From positions 128,006 to 192,005 of the forward strand of contig JACTMI010000004.1 of assembly GCA_014584695.1 (NCBI GenBank): DNA of 64,000 nt. Direction: 5' to 3'. This DNA comes from Acidobacteriota bacterium (lineage in GTDB: Bacteria > Acidobacteriota > Thermoanaerobaculia > Multivoradales > JAGPDF01). Under the pieces are notes generated by a model. That model had not been told where the DNA came from. It made no database searches and saw only the letters and a list, made by a program, of their open reading frames with translations. The translations under genes were made by a program, and so were the position numbers. How positions within the stretch are numbered: position 1 is the stretch's first letter; each line of letters opens with the position of its first letter. Shown in pieces: positions 40,707 through 50,112 of this stretch.

Positions 40707-42988
40707 GCCCCGCGCCGCGGCGGAGCGGGCTCCTGGTGGCGGTGCTGCTGGCGGCCGTCGCCAGCGGCTGCCGGCCGCAGGAGGACGCGCTCCGCTTCCC
40801 GCGGGCGCCGATCGTCCTGATCTCGATCGACACGCTGCGGGCGGATCGTCTGCCGGCCTACGGCTACGATGGGGTCGAAACGCCGTCACTCGACGCCCTG
40901 GCGAGCGAATCGTTGCTGTTCGAGAGCGCCTGGAGCCACTACCCGCTGACCCTGCCCTCGCACACCTCGATGCTTTCCGGCCTGCTGCCGCCCCGTCACG
41001 GCGTCCGCGACAACGCGGGCTACGAGCTGGAGGCGGGCATCCGGCCCTGGCTCCCCGAGCGGCTGCGCGCGGCCGGGTACGCCACGGGCGCGTTCGTCTC
41101 GAGCTACGTGCTGCGCGGCGCGACCGGACTCGCGCGCGGCTTCGACCACTACGATGACGAGATCGAGCGCCCGGCGGGCGCCAGCCTCGACGCGGCGCAG
41201 CGCGAGGGTCTGGCGACCGTGGCGCGCGCCGCGGCCTGGGTGCGGGAACGGAGCGAGACGCCGTTCTTCCTCTTCCTCCATCTCTACGAGCCGCACACGC
41301 CCTACGCTCCGCCGGAGCCCTTCGCTTCACGCTACGCGGATCCCTATGACGGCGAAATCGCCACGGTCGACCTGGTCGTCGGCGGCTTTCTCGAGGAGCT
41401 GCGGCGCCTCGGCCTCTACGAGCGGTCGATCCTGGTCTTCACCGCCGATCACGGCGAGGGGTTGGGCGACCACGGCGAGCAGCAGCACGGCGTCTTCCTC
41501 TACCCGAGCACGACCCACGTACCGTTGCTGCTCAGGCTCCCCGGCGCGCGCCGCGGGGGCGAGCGGATCGCGGACGCCGTGGCGCTCGCCGATCTCGCCC
41601 CGACGCTCGCCGGCCTGGCCGGGATCGAGCTCGGCGCGAGCGCCGACGGCAGCTCGTTGCTCGCGGCGAAGGCGGGTGACGCCGCCCAACGCCGGATCTA
41701 CGCCGAGACCTACTACCCGCGCCTCCACTTCGGCTGGAGTGACCTCAAGGCGTTGCACGACGCGCGCTGGAGCTTCGTCGAGGCCCCCGAGCCGGAGCTC
41801 TACGATCGTCTCGCCGATCCGCGGCTCGAGACCAACCTGGTCGAGCGCGAGCGGCGCCTGTTCGCCGCGCGGCGCGCGGAGGTGCGCGAGATCGACCGGC
41901 CGCTCGCTGCCCCCGCCGCTGCGGACGAGGAGACGGCGGCGCGGCTGGCCGCGCTCGGCTACCTCTCGGGCGGCTCACGGACGCTCGAAGGGCCGCTGCC
42001 GGATCCGAAGAGCCAGCGGCACCTGATCGGCGACATCGAAAACGGCTTCCTCGCCTTCGGCGAACGCCGCTTCACCGCGGCGGCCGCGCACTTCGAGCGC
42101 GTGCTCGCCGAAAACGATGGCATGTTCGACATTTGGAGCTTCCTCGCCCGCAGCCGCAAGGAGAGCGGCGACCTCGACGGCGCCGCGCGCGCCTGGGAGC
42201 GGGCGCTCGAGCTCTCGGCGGATCCGGGCGTGGCGCTCGCCGCGGCCAACGCGCTGCTCGAGCTGGGGCGCCACGCCGAAGCGCGGGCCCGCGCCGAGCT
42301 CGGGCTGGTCGGCCAGCCGCAGCCGGCGCACGATCTGCTGGTCCGGATCGCGCTCGCCGTGGGCGACGGCGCCGCGGCCGACCGCTGGTCCACCGCCGCG
42401 CTCGCCGCCGGCGTCGCGAGCGAGGGGATCCGCCGCCGGCTGGCGCTCGCCGCGGCCGAGTCGGGGCGGCCAGCGGAGGCCGCGGCGCTGCTCGACCCGG
42501 TGCGCGAGTCGGCCACCGCCGCGACGCTCGATGTGCTCGGGCTGGCGCTGTCGGACCTCGGCCGGCACGCGGAAGGGGCCGAGGTGCTCGCCCGCGCCGT
42601 CGCGCTCGAGCCGGAGGCGGCGAAGTGGCGGGAGGACCTGGGCACCGTGCTGCTGCGCGCGGGCCGCCTCGAGGAGGCACGCGCCGCGCTCGACCGCGCG
42701 GTGGCGCTCGACCGGCGCCGCGCCGGGGCCTGGACGGCGCTCGGCGTCGCCCGCTACCAGGCGGGCGACGCGCGCGGCGCGCTCGCGGCCTGGCGGACGG
42801 CGGTCGAAGTCGACCCGCGGGCATTCGACGCCCTCTACAACCTCGGTCTCGCCGCCGCGGCGGCGGGGGAGCCGGAGATGGCCCGGCGCGCGCTCGACCG
42901 CTTCCTCGCCACGGCGCCTCCGGCGCGCTACGGCGGAGACTTCCCGCGCGCGCGCGCCGCGCTGGCCCAGCTCGGAGGCGGCGGATGA
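40703..42988 (+). CDS. lipoprotein: sulfatase-fold domain (Thr nucleophile) plus TPR (paralog 2)
   Basis: ATGA overlap; lipobox LLAAVASGC; ISIDTLRADR, TLPSHTSMLSGLLP, TADHGEGLGDHGEQQHG; long C-terminal TPR array. Confidence 0.75.
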   Translation: MSPAPRRSGLLVAVLLAAVASGCRPQEDALRFPRAPIVLISIDTLRADRLPAYGYDGVETPSLDALASESLLFESAWSHYPLTLPSHTSMLSGLLPPRHGVRDNAGYELEAGIRPWLPERLRAAGYATGAFVSSYVLRGATGLARGFDHYDDEIERPAGASLDAAQREGLATVARAAAWVRERSETPFFLFLHLYEPHTPYAPPEPFASRYADPYDGEIATVDLVVGGFLEELRRLGLYERSILVFTADHGEGLGDHGEQQHGVFLYPSTTHVPLLLRLPGARRGGERIADAVALADLAPTLAGLAGIELGASADGSSLLAAKAGDAAQRRIYAETYYPRLHFGWSDLKALHDARWSFVEAPEPELYDRLADPRLETNLVERERRLFAARRAEVREIDRPLAAPAAADEETAARLAALGYLSGGSRTLEGPLPDPKSQRHLIGDIENGFLAFGERRFTAAAAHFERVLAENDGMFDIWSFLARSRKESGDLDGAARAWERALELSADPGVALAAANALLELGRHAEARARAELGLVGQPQPAHDLLVRIALAVGDGAAADRWSTAALAAGVASEGIRRRLALAAAESGRPAEAAALLDPVRESATAATLDVLGLALSDLGRHAEGAEVLARAVALEPEAAKWREDLGTVLLRAGRLEEARAALDRAVALDRRRAGAWTALGVARYQAGDARGALAAWRTAVEVDPRAFDALYNLGLAAAAAGEPEMARRALDRFLATAPPARYGGDFPRARAALAQLGGGG

Positions 42989-45144
42989 ACCGCTCGCGCT
43001 CGCTCGTGCTCGCCGCGCTCGCGCTCGTGGGCGCCGCCGGCTGCCGCCCCGGCGGCGGCGCCGCCGGCCCCTTCCCCGGCGCGCCGGTCGTGGTCATCTC
43101 GATCGACACGCTGCGCTCGGACCGGCTGCCGGTCTACGGCTACGACCGGGTCGCGACGCCCGCCATCGACGCGCTGGCGCGCGACGGGATCGTCTTCGAG
43201 CGCGCCTACACCCACGTCCCCCTGACCTTGCCGGCCCACCTCTCGATGTTCACCGGGCTGCTGCCGGGCGATCACGGCGTGCGCGACAACCTCGGCTACC
43301 GCTTCGACGCCGAGCGGCATCCCTATCTGCCACGGCTCTTCGCCGCGGCGGGCTACGCGACGGGCGGGGCGATCTCGGCCTACGTCCTGCGCGCCGAGAC
43401 CGGCTTCGCCGCCGGCTTCGAGTTCTTCGAAGGGGCCGTCGACCTGCGCTCCGGCTTGACCCTCGGCCGCAGTCAGCGCCCGTGCGGTGAGACGCTGGCC
43501 GCGTCCCGCGACTGGCTGCGGCGGGTGGCCGCGGGCCGTTTCTTCTACTTCGGCCACTTCTACGAGCCGCACACACCCTGGGAGGCGCCCGAGCCCTTCC
43601 GTAGCCGCTACGGTGACCCCTACGACGCCGAGATCGCCGCCGCCGACGCCTGCGTCGGCGAGCTGGTCGAGGAGCTGCGGCGGCTCGACGTTCTCGACCG
43701 CGCGATCGTGGTCCTGACGTCGGACCACGGCGAGGGGCTCGGTGACCACGGCGAGCAGGAGCACGGCATCCTGCTCTATCGGGAAGCTCTGCAGGTGCCG
43801 CTGGTGCTGCGCCTGCCGGGGGCGGCGCGGGCGGGGACGCGGATCTCGGCGCCGGCTCAGCTCCTCGACCTGGCGCCGACGCTGCTCCGGCTCACCGCCC
43901 TCGAGCCGCCCGCCGGGCTGGCGGGATCCCACCTGCTCGAGGCGCTGCCGGAGGAGCGGCCGATCTACGCCGAGACCTTCTACCCCCGGTTGCACATGGG
44001 ATGGAGCGAGTTGACGGCGGTGATCGCCGGGCGCTGGCACGGCATCTTCGGTCCCGACCCCGAGCTCTACGACCTGATCGAGGATCCCGCCGAGCGGCGC
44101 AACCTGCGCGACGGCGAGCGGCGCCGGTTCGCGGAGCTGCGCGAGCAGGCCGCGACCTTCGAGCGTCCGCTCGCGGCTCCGGCGGCCGAGGACGCGGAGA
44201 CGGCGGCGAAGCTCGCGGCGCTCGGCTACCTCGGCGGCGCGGCCACCGGGGCGACGACGGGGCCGCTGCCGGACCCGAAGTCGAAGCTGCCTTCACTGCG
44301 CGAGTTCGGACGCGCGCTGCAGGATCTGACCGAGCGCCAGGACTACCGCGGCGCGGCGGCACGGCTCGAACGGGTGCTGGCCGAGAACCCGCGCATGGTC
44401 GATGCGTGGGACAGCCTCGGGCTGGCGCTCCACCGCCTCGGGCGCTCGACGGAGGCGCTGGCCGCCTACGAGAAGGCGATGGAGATCTCGGGGGGAACGC
44501 CGCACGTGGCGCTCGCGGTCGGCCAGGTGCTGCTCGATCTCGGCCGCGGCGACGAAGCGCGGGCGCACGCCGAGCTGGCGCTGGCGGCGAGCCCGGCTGC
44601 GGCGCACAGCCTGGTGGCGCAGGTCGATCTCGCGGCCGGGCGGTTGGAGGCCGCCGAGGCGGCGGCGCGCCGGGCGCTCGCGGCGCGCGGCTCGCGCATC
44701 GGGCCGCTGCTCGTGCTCGCCCAGGTCCAGCGGGCGCAGGGGGAGCTCGAAGCGGCGCTGGCGACCTGCGAATCGGCGCTCGCCGACCTCGCCAAGATGC
44801 AGGGCGAGCAGAAGTTCGCCGGGCTCTACTTCGTGCACGGGGACCTGCTGGCGCGGCTCGACCGTCCGCACGACGCGGTCGCGAGCTTGCGGCGCGAGAT
44901 CGCGCTCTTCCCGGCCGAGCCTCGCGCCTACGCGGCGCTCGCGGCGCTCTACGCCGCGCACGGTCAGCCGGACGACGCGGTGGGGACGCTGCGCGCCCTG
45001 GTCGAGGGCAACCCGGACCTGCCGGTCGCCTACGCCGAGGCGGTCAAGACGCTGCGCGTCCTCGGCGATCCGCAGGGCGCCGCCGGCCTGCTCGCCGCCG
45101 CCCGCCGCCGCTTCCCCGACGAGCCCGCGCTGACCGGGCTGTAA
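42985..45144 (+). CDS. lipoprotein: sulfatase-fold domain (Thr nucleophile) plus TPR (paralog 3)
   Basis: ATGA overlap; lipobox ALVGAAGC; ISIDTLRSDR, TLPAHLSMFTGLLP, TSDHGEGLGDHGEQEHG; C-terminal TPR array. Confidence 0.75.
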   Translation: MNRSRSLVLAALALVGAAGCRPGGGAAGPFPGAPVVVISIDTLRSDRLPVYGYDRVATPAIDALARDGIVFERAYTHVPLTLPAHLSMFTGLLPGDHGVRDNLGYRFDAERHPYLPRLFAAAGYATGGAISAYVLRAETGFAAGFEFFEGAVDLRSGLTLGRSQRPCGETLAASRDWLRRVAAGRFFYFGHFYEPHTPWEAPEPFRSRYGDPYDAEIAAADACVGELVEELRRLDVLDRAIVVLTSDHGEGLGDHGEQEHGILLYREALQVPLVLRLPGAARAGTRISAPAQLLDLAPTLLRLTALEPPAGLAGSHLLEALPEERPIYAETFYPRLHMGWSELTAVIAGRWHGIFGPDPELYDLIEDPAERRNLRDGERRRFAELREQAATFERPLAAPAAEDAETAAKLAALGYLGGAATGATTGPLPDPKSKLPSLREFGRALQDLTERQDYRGAAARLERVLAENPRMVDAWDSLGLALHRLGRSTEALAAYEKAMEISGGTPHVALAVGQVLLDLGRGDEARAHAELALAASPAAAHSLVAQVDLAAGRLEAAEAAARRALAARGSRIGPLLVLAQVQRAQGELEAALATCESALADLAKMQGEQKFAGLYFVHGDLLARLDRPHDAVASLRREIALFPAEPRAYAALAALYAAHGQPDDAVGTLRALVEGNPDLPVAYAEAVKTLRVLGDPQGAAGLLAAARRRFPDEPALTGL

Positions 45145-45146
45145 GG

Positions 45147-46697
45147 TCAGAAGACGAGCCGCAGCTTGGCCCGGTCGATCTTGCCGAGGTGGGTGCGGGG
45201 GAAGTCGTCGGTGAGGAAGCGAATGGAGCGCGGCGTCTTGTAGGGCTGGAGGGAGCGGGCGACGTGGTCCTGGAGCTCCTGGACGAGATCCTCGCTCGCC
45301 TCGTGACCGGGGCGCAGGACGACGACGGCGTGCGGCTTGACCAGCCCTTCCTCGTTGGCGACGGCGACCACGGCGCATTCGGCCACCGCGGGATGGGCGG
45401 CGAGGCAGCTCTCGACCTCGGCGGGCGAGAACCACTTGCCGCCCACCTTGAGCACGTCGTCGCCCCGCCCCTGGTAGGTGAAGTAGCCGTCGGGCGAGCG
45501 GGTGACGAGGTCGCCGGTCACCACCCACTCGCCGCGAAAGGTCGCCAGGCTCTTGTCGTGCTCGCGGAAGTAGCCCGCCGCGCGCGCCCCGCCGCGCACC
45601 CAGAGCAGGCCGGTCTCGCCGTCGGGGAGCTCTTCGCCGGCGTCGTCGCGCACCCGCACCTCGAATCCGGGCACGACCTCGCCGAGCGTGCCCGGGCGAA
45701 TCCGCCCCGGGCGATTGGTCAGGAAGACGTGCCACTGCTCGGCGGTGCCGAGACCGTCCAGCAGCTCGACGCCGAAGGTCTCGACGAAGCGCTGGTGGAG
45801 CGGCACGGGCAGCGCCTCGCCGGCCGAGGTCACGAGGCGCAGCGAGGCGAGGTCGGCCGCCGCCGCCTCGGGATGGGAGACCATCTGCTGGACCATGGTC
45901 GGCACGTTGACGAGCAGCGTCGGGCGGTATCGCCGAATCGCCGCGAAGACCGCCTCCGCGGTAGCGCGCTCGGGGAAGAGGCAGGCGGTGGCGCCGACCG
46001 AGAAGGGGAAGAAGAGGTTCGAGCCGAGCGCGTAGCCGAAGAAGAGCTTGGGTACGGCGAGCGTGACGTCCTCCGGGCCGAGCCCGAGGATCCCCTGGCC
46101 GTAGGCGACGGTGGTGAAGGCGTAGGAGCGGTGACTCTGGACGACCGCCTTCGGGCGGCCGGTGGTGCCGCCCGAGAAGAGCATCACCGCCGGGTCGTCG
46201 CGGTGGGTGCGGACGTTCTCGAAGCGCTCGGCGACCGTGCGGCCGAGCTCCTCGAACGACGGGCAGCCGGGGGCGACGTCGCCGACGGTCAAGAGCGCGA
46301 GGCGCTCGCGCGCGAGACCGATGGCGCCGGCCCAGCGCGCCACCTGCGCGCCGTCGACGATCGCCCAACGGGGCCGCAGGTAGTCGATCAGCGCCGCCAG
46401 GGCCTCGGCGGGCAGCTCCGGGTTGACCGGCACGGCGACGGCACCGGCCTTGAGGGTGCCGAACAGGGCGCCGACCCACTCGGCGCCGTCCGGGAGCGCC
46501 AACAGCAGCCGCTCCTCGGGGCGCACGCCGAGCCCCGCCAGAACGGTCGCGAAGCGGTCGGCGAGTCCGAGCACCTGTCGGTAGGTGTGGCTCTCGCCCG
46601 CGAGCCGGAGCGCGACGCGGTCGCCGCGCCCCTCGGCGACCCGCGCGTCGAGCAGCCACTCGGCGAGGTTGAACTCCTCCGGCGCAACGAAGGTCAT
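45147..46697 (-). CDS. AMP-dependent aryl-CoA ligase (benzoate/4-hydroxybenzoate-CoA ligase family)
   Basis: AMP-binding motifs LFSGGTTGRPKAV, GYFREHD, TGDLVTRSPDGYFTYQGRGDDVLKVGGKW; GGAGGA RBS; 516 aa, the real 3' part of an 881-aa track ORF. Confidence 0.8.
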   Translation of the reverse strand: MTFVAPEEFNLAEWLLDARVAEGRGDRVALRLAGESHTYRQVLGLADRFATVLAGLGVRPEERLLLALPDGAEWVGALFGTLKAGAVAVPVNPELPAEALAALIDYLRPRWAIVDGAQVARWAGAIGLARERLALLTVGDVAPGCPSFEELGRTVAERFENVRTHRDDPAVMLFSGGTTGRPKAVVQSHRSYAFTTVAYGQGILGLGPEDVTLAVPKLFFGYALGSNLFFPFSVGATACLFPERATAEAVFAAIRRYRPTLLVNVPTMVQQMVSHPEAAAADLASLRLVTSAGEALPVPLHQRFVETFGVELLDGLGTAEQWHVFLTNRPGRIRPGTLGEVVPGFEVRVRDDAGEELPDGETGLLWVRGGARAAGYFREHDKSLATFRGEWVVTGDLVTRSPDGYFTYQGRGDDVLKVGGKWFSPAEVESCLAAHPAVAECAVVAVANEEGLVKPHAVVVLRPGHEASEDLVQELQDHVARSLQPYKTPRSIRFLTDDFPRTHLGKIDRAKLRLVF

Positions 46698-46804
46698 GCG
46701 CGGTCCTCCACGAAGCGGGAAGGCGACATTGTAACGGGTCGGAACACCCATCAGCGAGGTCGCATTCGAGCCGCCCACCCACGGTAGCGTCGGACCGGCC
46801 CTCG

Positions 46805-47091
46805 GATCGCGTCCCCGCAGCGCAGCGCGAGGGGTCCCCGCTCCTCCAGAAAAGAAATCCAGATACCGCGGGGTGTCGCGGGCGCGAGGAGACCCGAGCC
46901 GAGGGCCGGTTCGACGCGGCCGACGCCGACATCGCTGCCCGAGACATCGCGCGAAGGAAGCGTCAGTGGCCTGCGCCGCGCCGGGACGTGACTCGCGCCG
47001 GCTCTCCTCGCGCCCGCGACACCCCACGGTTGGATTGGATACTGGTGGCGTGGGGACCCCTCGCGCTGCGCTGCGGGGAGACGTCGCGATC
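46805..47091. repeat. about 287-bp imperfect palindromic element with nested inverted repeats
   Basis: Outer IR gatcgcg..tccccgcagcgcagcgcgaggggtcccc (46805-46839) matches the reverse complement of 47052-47091; inner IR ggggtgtcgcgggcgcgaggaga (46870-46892) matches the reverse complement of 47003-47025; an unrelated centre of about 110 bp. Confidence 0.5.
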
Positions 47092-47146
47092 CACGCCCCG
47101 GCGCTCTCGTCGAGGAGCGGTTCGACGCGGCGCAGCGCGCGGCTAG

Positions 47147-48367
47147 TCAGGGCTCGACGGCGGCCCAGTTCTCGGTGGTGCCGGTCTCGAAGTGATCCCA
47201 GAACAGAAAGCCGGGATCGGGCACGTGCATGACGATGCAGTGGAGGACGCCCGCGGAGCCGACGATCGCGCTGCCGTCGATGGGGACGATCTGGGAGCCG
47301 GGAAAAGCCTGGGCGAAGACGTCGAGCGCCTGCTGGTTCTCGGTCGGATAGGCGCTGTACTGCGGCACCAGGACGAGCCGGTTGAGGATCACGGCGTTGG
47401 TGTAGGTGTAGTGGGTGGACGCGGCGCGCCAGCCCGGAGTGCGGAAGACCGAGTAGCCGAGCGCGGTCAGCTCGGCGACGGCGGCCTCGGTGATCGCCCT
47501 CGGCACGCCGCCCCCCTGACTCGCCGCGTACTCGCCGACGATCACCCGGCGGTCGCTCGCCGGCAGCAGCCACATGTCGATGTGCTGGGTCGAGTCGTAG
47601 CTGGTGGGGAAGCCGGGCCAGATCGTGAGCTCGAGCGCCTCGTAGTCCGCGAAGAGCTGCTCGACCTGGCTGGCGGAAAGCGTCGGATTCTCGCCGAGGA
47701 CGAGCTCGGTCATGAACGCGCGACCGTCGCCGAAGAGGTGGAAGTTGCCGCCGCCGTGGACGAGCGGCAGGTCGTAGTCGACGTGGCCCCATGCCGCGGC
47801 GACGGCGTCCGGGATCAGATCGTCGTTCGGGCGCGGCCGGTTGTAGACGTGATCGACGCTCGCCGCGGCACCGTCCTCGGTGATGAAGCGCGGGCCGTAG
47901 TCGCGGATCCAGACCGAGTCGGTCGGCGCGATCAGGAACGAGACCTGCGCCATGGCGGCTCCGGCGCCGGTGAGCGTCGTCGTCGCCGATTGCTGCTGCG
48001 CCGCGCCGGAGACCACGATCCAGACGCGCGCTTCCGGGTCACCCGTGGTCACCGCGACGGTCATCGCGGTCAGGATCGAGTTGAAGCTCCCCCAGCGGAT
48101 CAGCAGGCCGAGGTTCCGGTCGTACTCGGCGGGCGTCGCGACCAGCCCGGAGGGCGGCGCCGTCGGCGCCAGGAGCCCGGGCGCCGGCGGCACCCGTTCA
48201 CCGGGCGCGAGCCCGCGCGGCAGCGGCTCCAGGTCGTCGTCCTCGATCGCCGCGAGGACCTCCGGCGGCGGGACGCGGGCAGTCTGCGCCCGCAGCGGCG
48301 CGGCGCCCCCGACCAGTGCCAGCAGGGCCGCGAGGGTGAGCGTTCGATTGCGATCGAAAAGGCACAT
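47147..48367 (-). CDS. secreted agmatine deiminase / Porphyromonas-type peptidylarginine deiminase family protein
   Basis: Signal peptide; WIRDYGP, HVDYDLPLVHGGGNFH, C-terminal GVLHCIVMHVP (catalytic Cys) typical of the PAD_porph/AguA fold. Confidence 0.7.
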   Translation of the reverse strand: MCLFDRNRTLTLAALLALVGGAAPLRAQTARVPPPEVLAAIEDDDLEPLPRGLAPGERVPPAPGLLAPTAPPSGLVATPAEYDRNLGLLIRWGSFNSILTAMTVAVTTGDPEARVWIVVSGAAQQQSATTTLTGAGAAMAQVSFLIAPTDSVWIRDYGPRFITEDGAAASVDHVYNRPRPNDDLIPDAVAAAWGHVDYDLPLVHGGGNFHLFGDGRAFMTELVLGENPTLSASQVEQLFADYEALELTIWPGFPTSYDSTQHIDMWLLPASDRRVIVGEYAASQGGGVPRAITEAAVAELTALGYSVFRTPGWRAASTHYTYTNAVILNRLVLVPQYSAYPTENQQALDVFAQAFPGSQIVPIDGSAIVGSAGVLHCIVMHVPDPGFLFWDHFETGTTENWAAVEP

Positions 48368-48388
48368 GTGCGGGCCTGCGGCTCGGCC

Positions 48389-49165
48389 TCAGCGCCCCGT
48401 CCACGCCGCGGGTCGCTTCTCGAGGAAGGCGGCGACCCCCTCCGCCTTGTCGGCGGTGGAGAAGCAGAGGCAGAACAGGTCGCGCTCGTAGAGGAGCCCC
48501 TCCTCGATTCCGAGCCGCTCGGAGGCGCGCACCGCCTCCTTGGCGACCTTGAGCGTCAGCGGGCTCTTGGCGGCGATCTTCTGCGCCAGCTCGAGCGTTC
48601 TCGCGCGCAACTCCTCGTGCGGCACGACCTGGTCGACGAGGCCGATCTCCTTGGCCTCCGCCGCCGGGATCATGTCGCCGGTCAAGATCAGCCGCATCGC
48701 CTGACCGGTGCCGACCAGACGGGGGAGCCGCTGGGTGCCGCCGCCGCCCGGAATCAGGCCGAGGTTGATCTCGGGCTGGCCGAAGCGGGCCTTGTCGCTC
48801 GCGATCCGCAGGTCGCACGACATCGCCAGCTCGCAGCCGCCGCCGAGGCAGAAGCCGTTGATCATCGCGATCACCGGCTTGGGGAACGAGGCCATGACGT
48901 CGAAGATGCGCGGGCTGCGCATCGCGGAGCGCTGATCGAACGGCGTGCGGCCGGCGAACTCGCCGATGTCGGCGCCGGCGATGAACGACTTCTCGCCCGC
49001 GCCGGTGAGCACGACGACGCCGACTCCGGCGTCGGCCTCCGCCGCCGCCAGCGCGGCGAGCAGCTCGACGCGCACCTGCTCGGACAGCGCGTTCAACTTG
49101 TCGGGGCGGTGGATGGTGAGGATCGCGACGCGACCCTCGCGCTCGGACAGGACGACGTTGGACAT
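48389..49165 (-). CDS. enoyl-CoA hydratase (crotonase)
   Basis: [43 protein letters not shown]; 258 aa; the 3' part of a longer track ORF. Confidence 0.8.
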   Translation of the reverse strand: MSNVVLSEREGRVAILTIHRPDKLNALSEQVRVELLAALAAAEADAGVGVVVLTGAGEKSFIAGADIGEFAGRTPFDQRSAMRSPRIFDVMASFPKPVIAMINGFCLGGGCELAMSCDLRIASDKARFGQPEINLGLIPGGGGTQRLPRLVGTGQAMRLILTGDMIPAAEAKEIGLVDQVVPHEELRARTLELAQKIAAKSPLTLKVAKEAVRASERLGIEEGLLYERDLFCLCFSTADKAEGVAAFLEKRPAAWTGR

Positions 49166-49191
49166 GGGCTTCTCCGGATGAGCGCCGCCGT

Positions 49192-50112
49192 TCAGGGAGC
49201 GGCGGGGGAAAGTGTGAAGTCGGTTCGGATCTCGAGCGCGACGGTCATGCCGAACTCCTCGATCGGCCGAACCTCGAAGGCGAGTCGCAGAAAGGACTGA
49301 TCCCGCCAGAGCATCCCGGTCGCCGGATCGACGAGCCGGGAGGAGTTGCCGCGGATCTCGACCTTCTTGAGCAGATTGTCGGCGCGCGTGGGATCGAAGC
49401 GGGTGCGCACCTTGGCGCGCACCTCCTCCGCGTCGGGGACGAGGGCGCGCGCGTTCTGCGTATAGGCGACGTTGAGGCGGAGCCGCCGCCCGGCCGGTGT
49501 CTCCTCCCACGGGCCGAGCCGGAACAGCACCTGCAGCGGGATCCAGCCCTCGTCGCTGGGGAAGGCCGAGCGGAACCAGTAGTCGCGGTCGAGCTCGAGC
49601 GTCTGGCCGAGGAAGATCTCGTGGCGATCGAACCACCGCCAGGACTCGAACTCGCCCTCCCGCCTCTCCTCGAGCCGCTTCTTGGCGCTCTCCTTGGCGT
49701 CGCCTTCGAGCAAGGCGATGCGGCGCTCGGCGTTGCGGCGCAGGCCGTCGAGGCTTCGCAGCACCCCGTCGCGGGCGACCGTGTAGACCACGCGGTCCTG
49801 AGCGACCGCCTTGAGCAGCGGCTCGTCGTGGGGTTTGCCGTCCTTGGCCAGCGCGACCTCCAAGTTGCGCTGGTCGAGGCGGTAACCGTCGCCGGCACGC
49901 GAGGCGGTCCAGGAGGCCCGCTCGCCCATCGCGATCTCCTGTCGGTTGCCGCCCCACTTGATCGTCAGGGTCCCCCAGTCGCGCAGCTCGAAGCGCTGGT
50001 CGACCGGCGGAGCGAAGCCGAAGGTGACGCTCTCGGCCGCGCTCGGTCCGGCGACGAGCAGGCCGGCGAGCCCCGCGGCGAGGGGGACGAGCTGGCTCCG
50101 GAATCTCCTCAT
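49192..50112 (-). CDS. secreted hypothetical protein (306 aa)
   Basis: GGAGG RBS; signal peptide MRRFRSQLVPLAAGLAGLLVAGPSAAES; no motif I recognise; ATGA-coupled to the upstream GATase gene. Confidence 0.5.
   Translation of the reverse strand: MRRFRSQLVPLAAGLAGLLVAGPSAAESVTFGFAPPVDQRFELRDWGTLTIKWGGNRQEIAMGERASWTASRAGDGYRLDQRNLEVALAKDGKPHDEPLLKAVAQDRVVYTVARDGVLRSLDGLRRNAERRIALLEGDAKESAKKRLEERREGEFESWRWFDRHEIFLGQTLELDRDYWFRSAFPSDEGWIPLQVLFRLGPWEETPAGRRLRLNVAYTQNARALVPDAEEVRAKVRTRFDPTRADNLLKKVEIRGNSSRLVDPATGMLWRDQSFLRLAFEVRPIEEFGMTVALEIRTDFTLSPAAP

Noticed and set aside
46873-47232. 119-aa ORF inside the palindromic element
   Set aside because: It lies entirely within the inverted-repeat element, is Arg-rich, has no RBS, and is antisense to the deiminase gene's 3' end.
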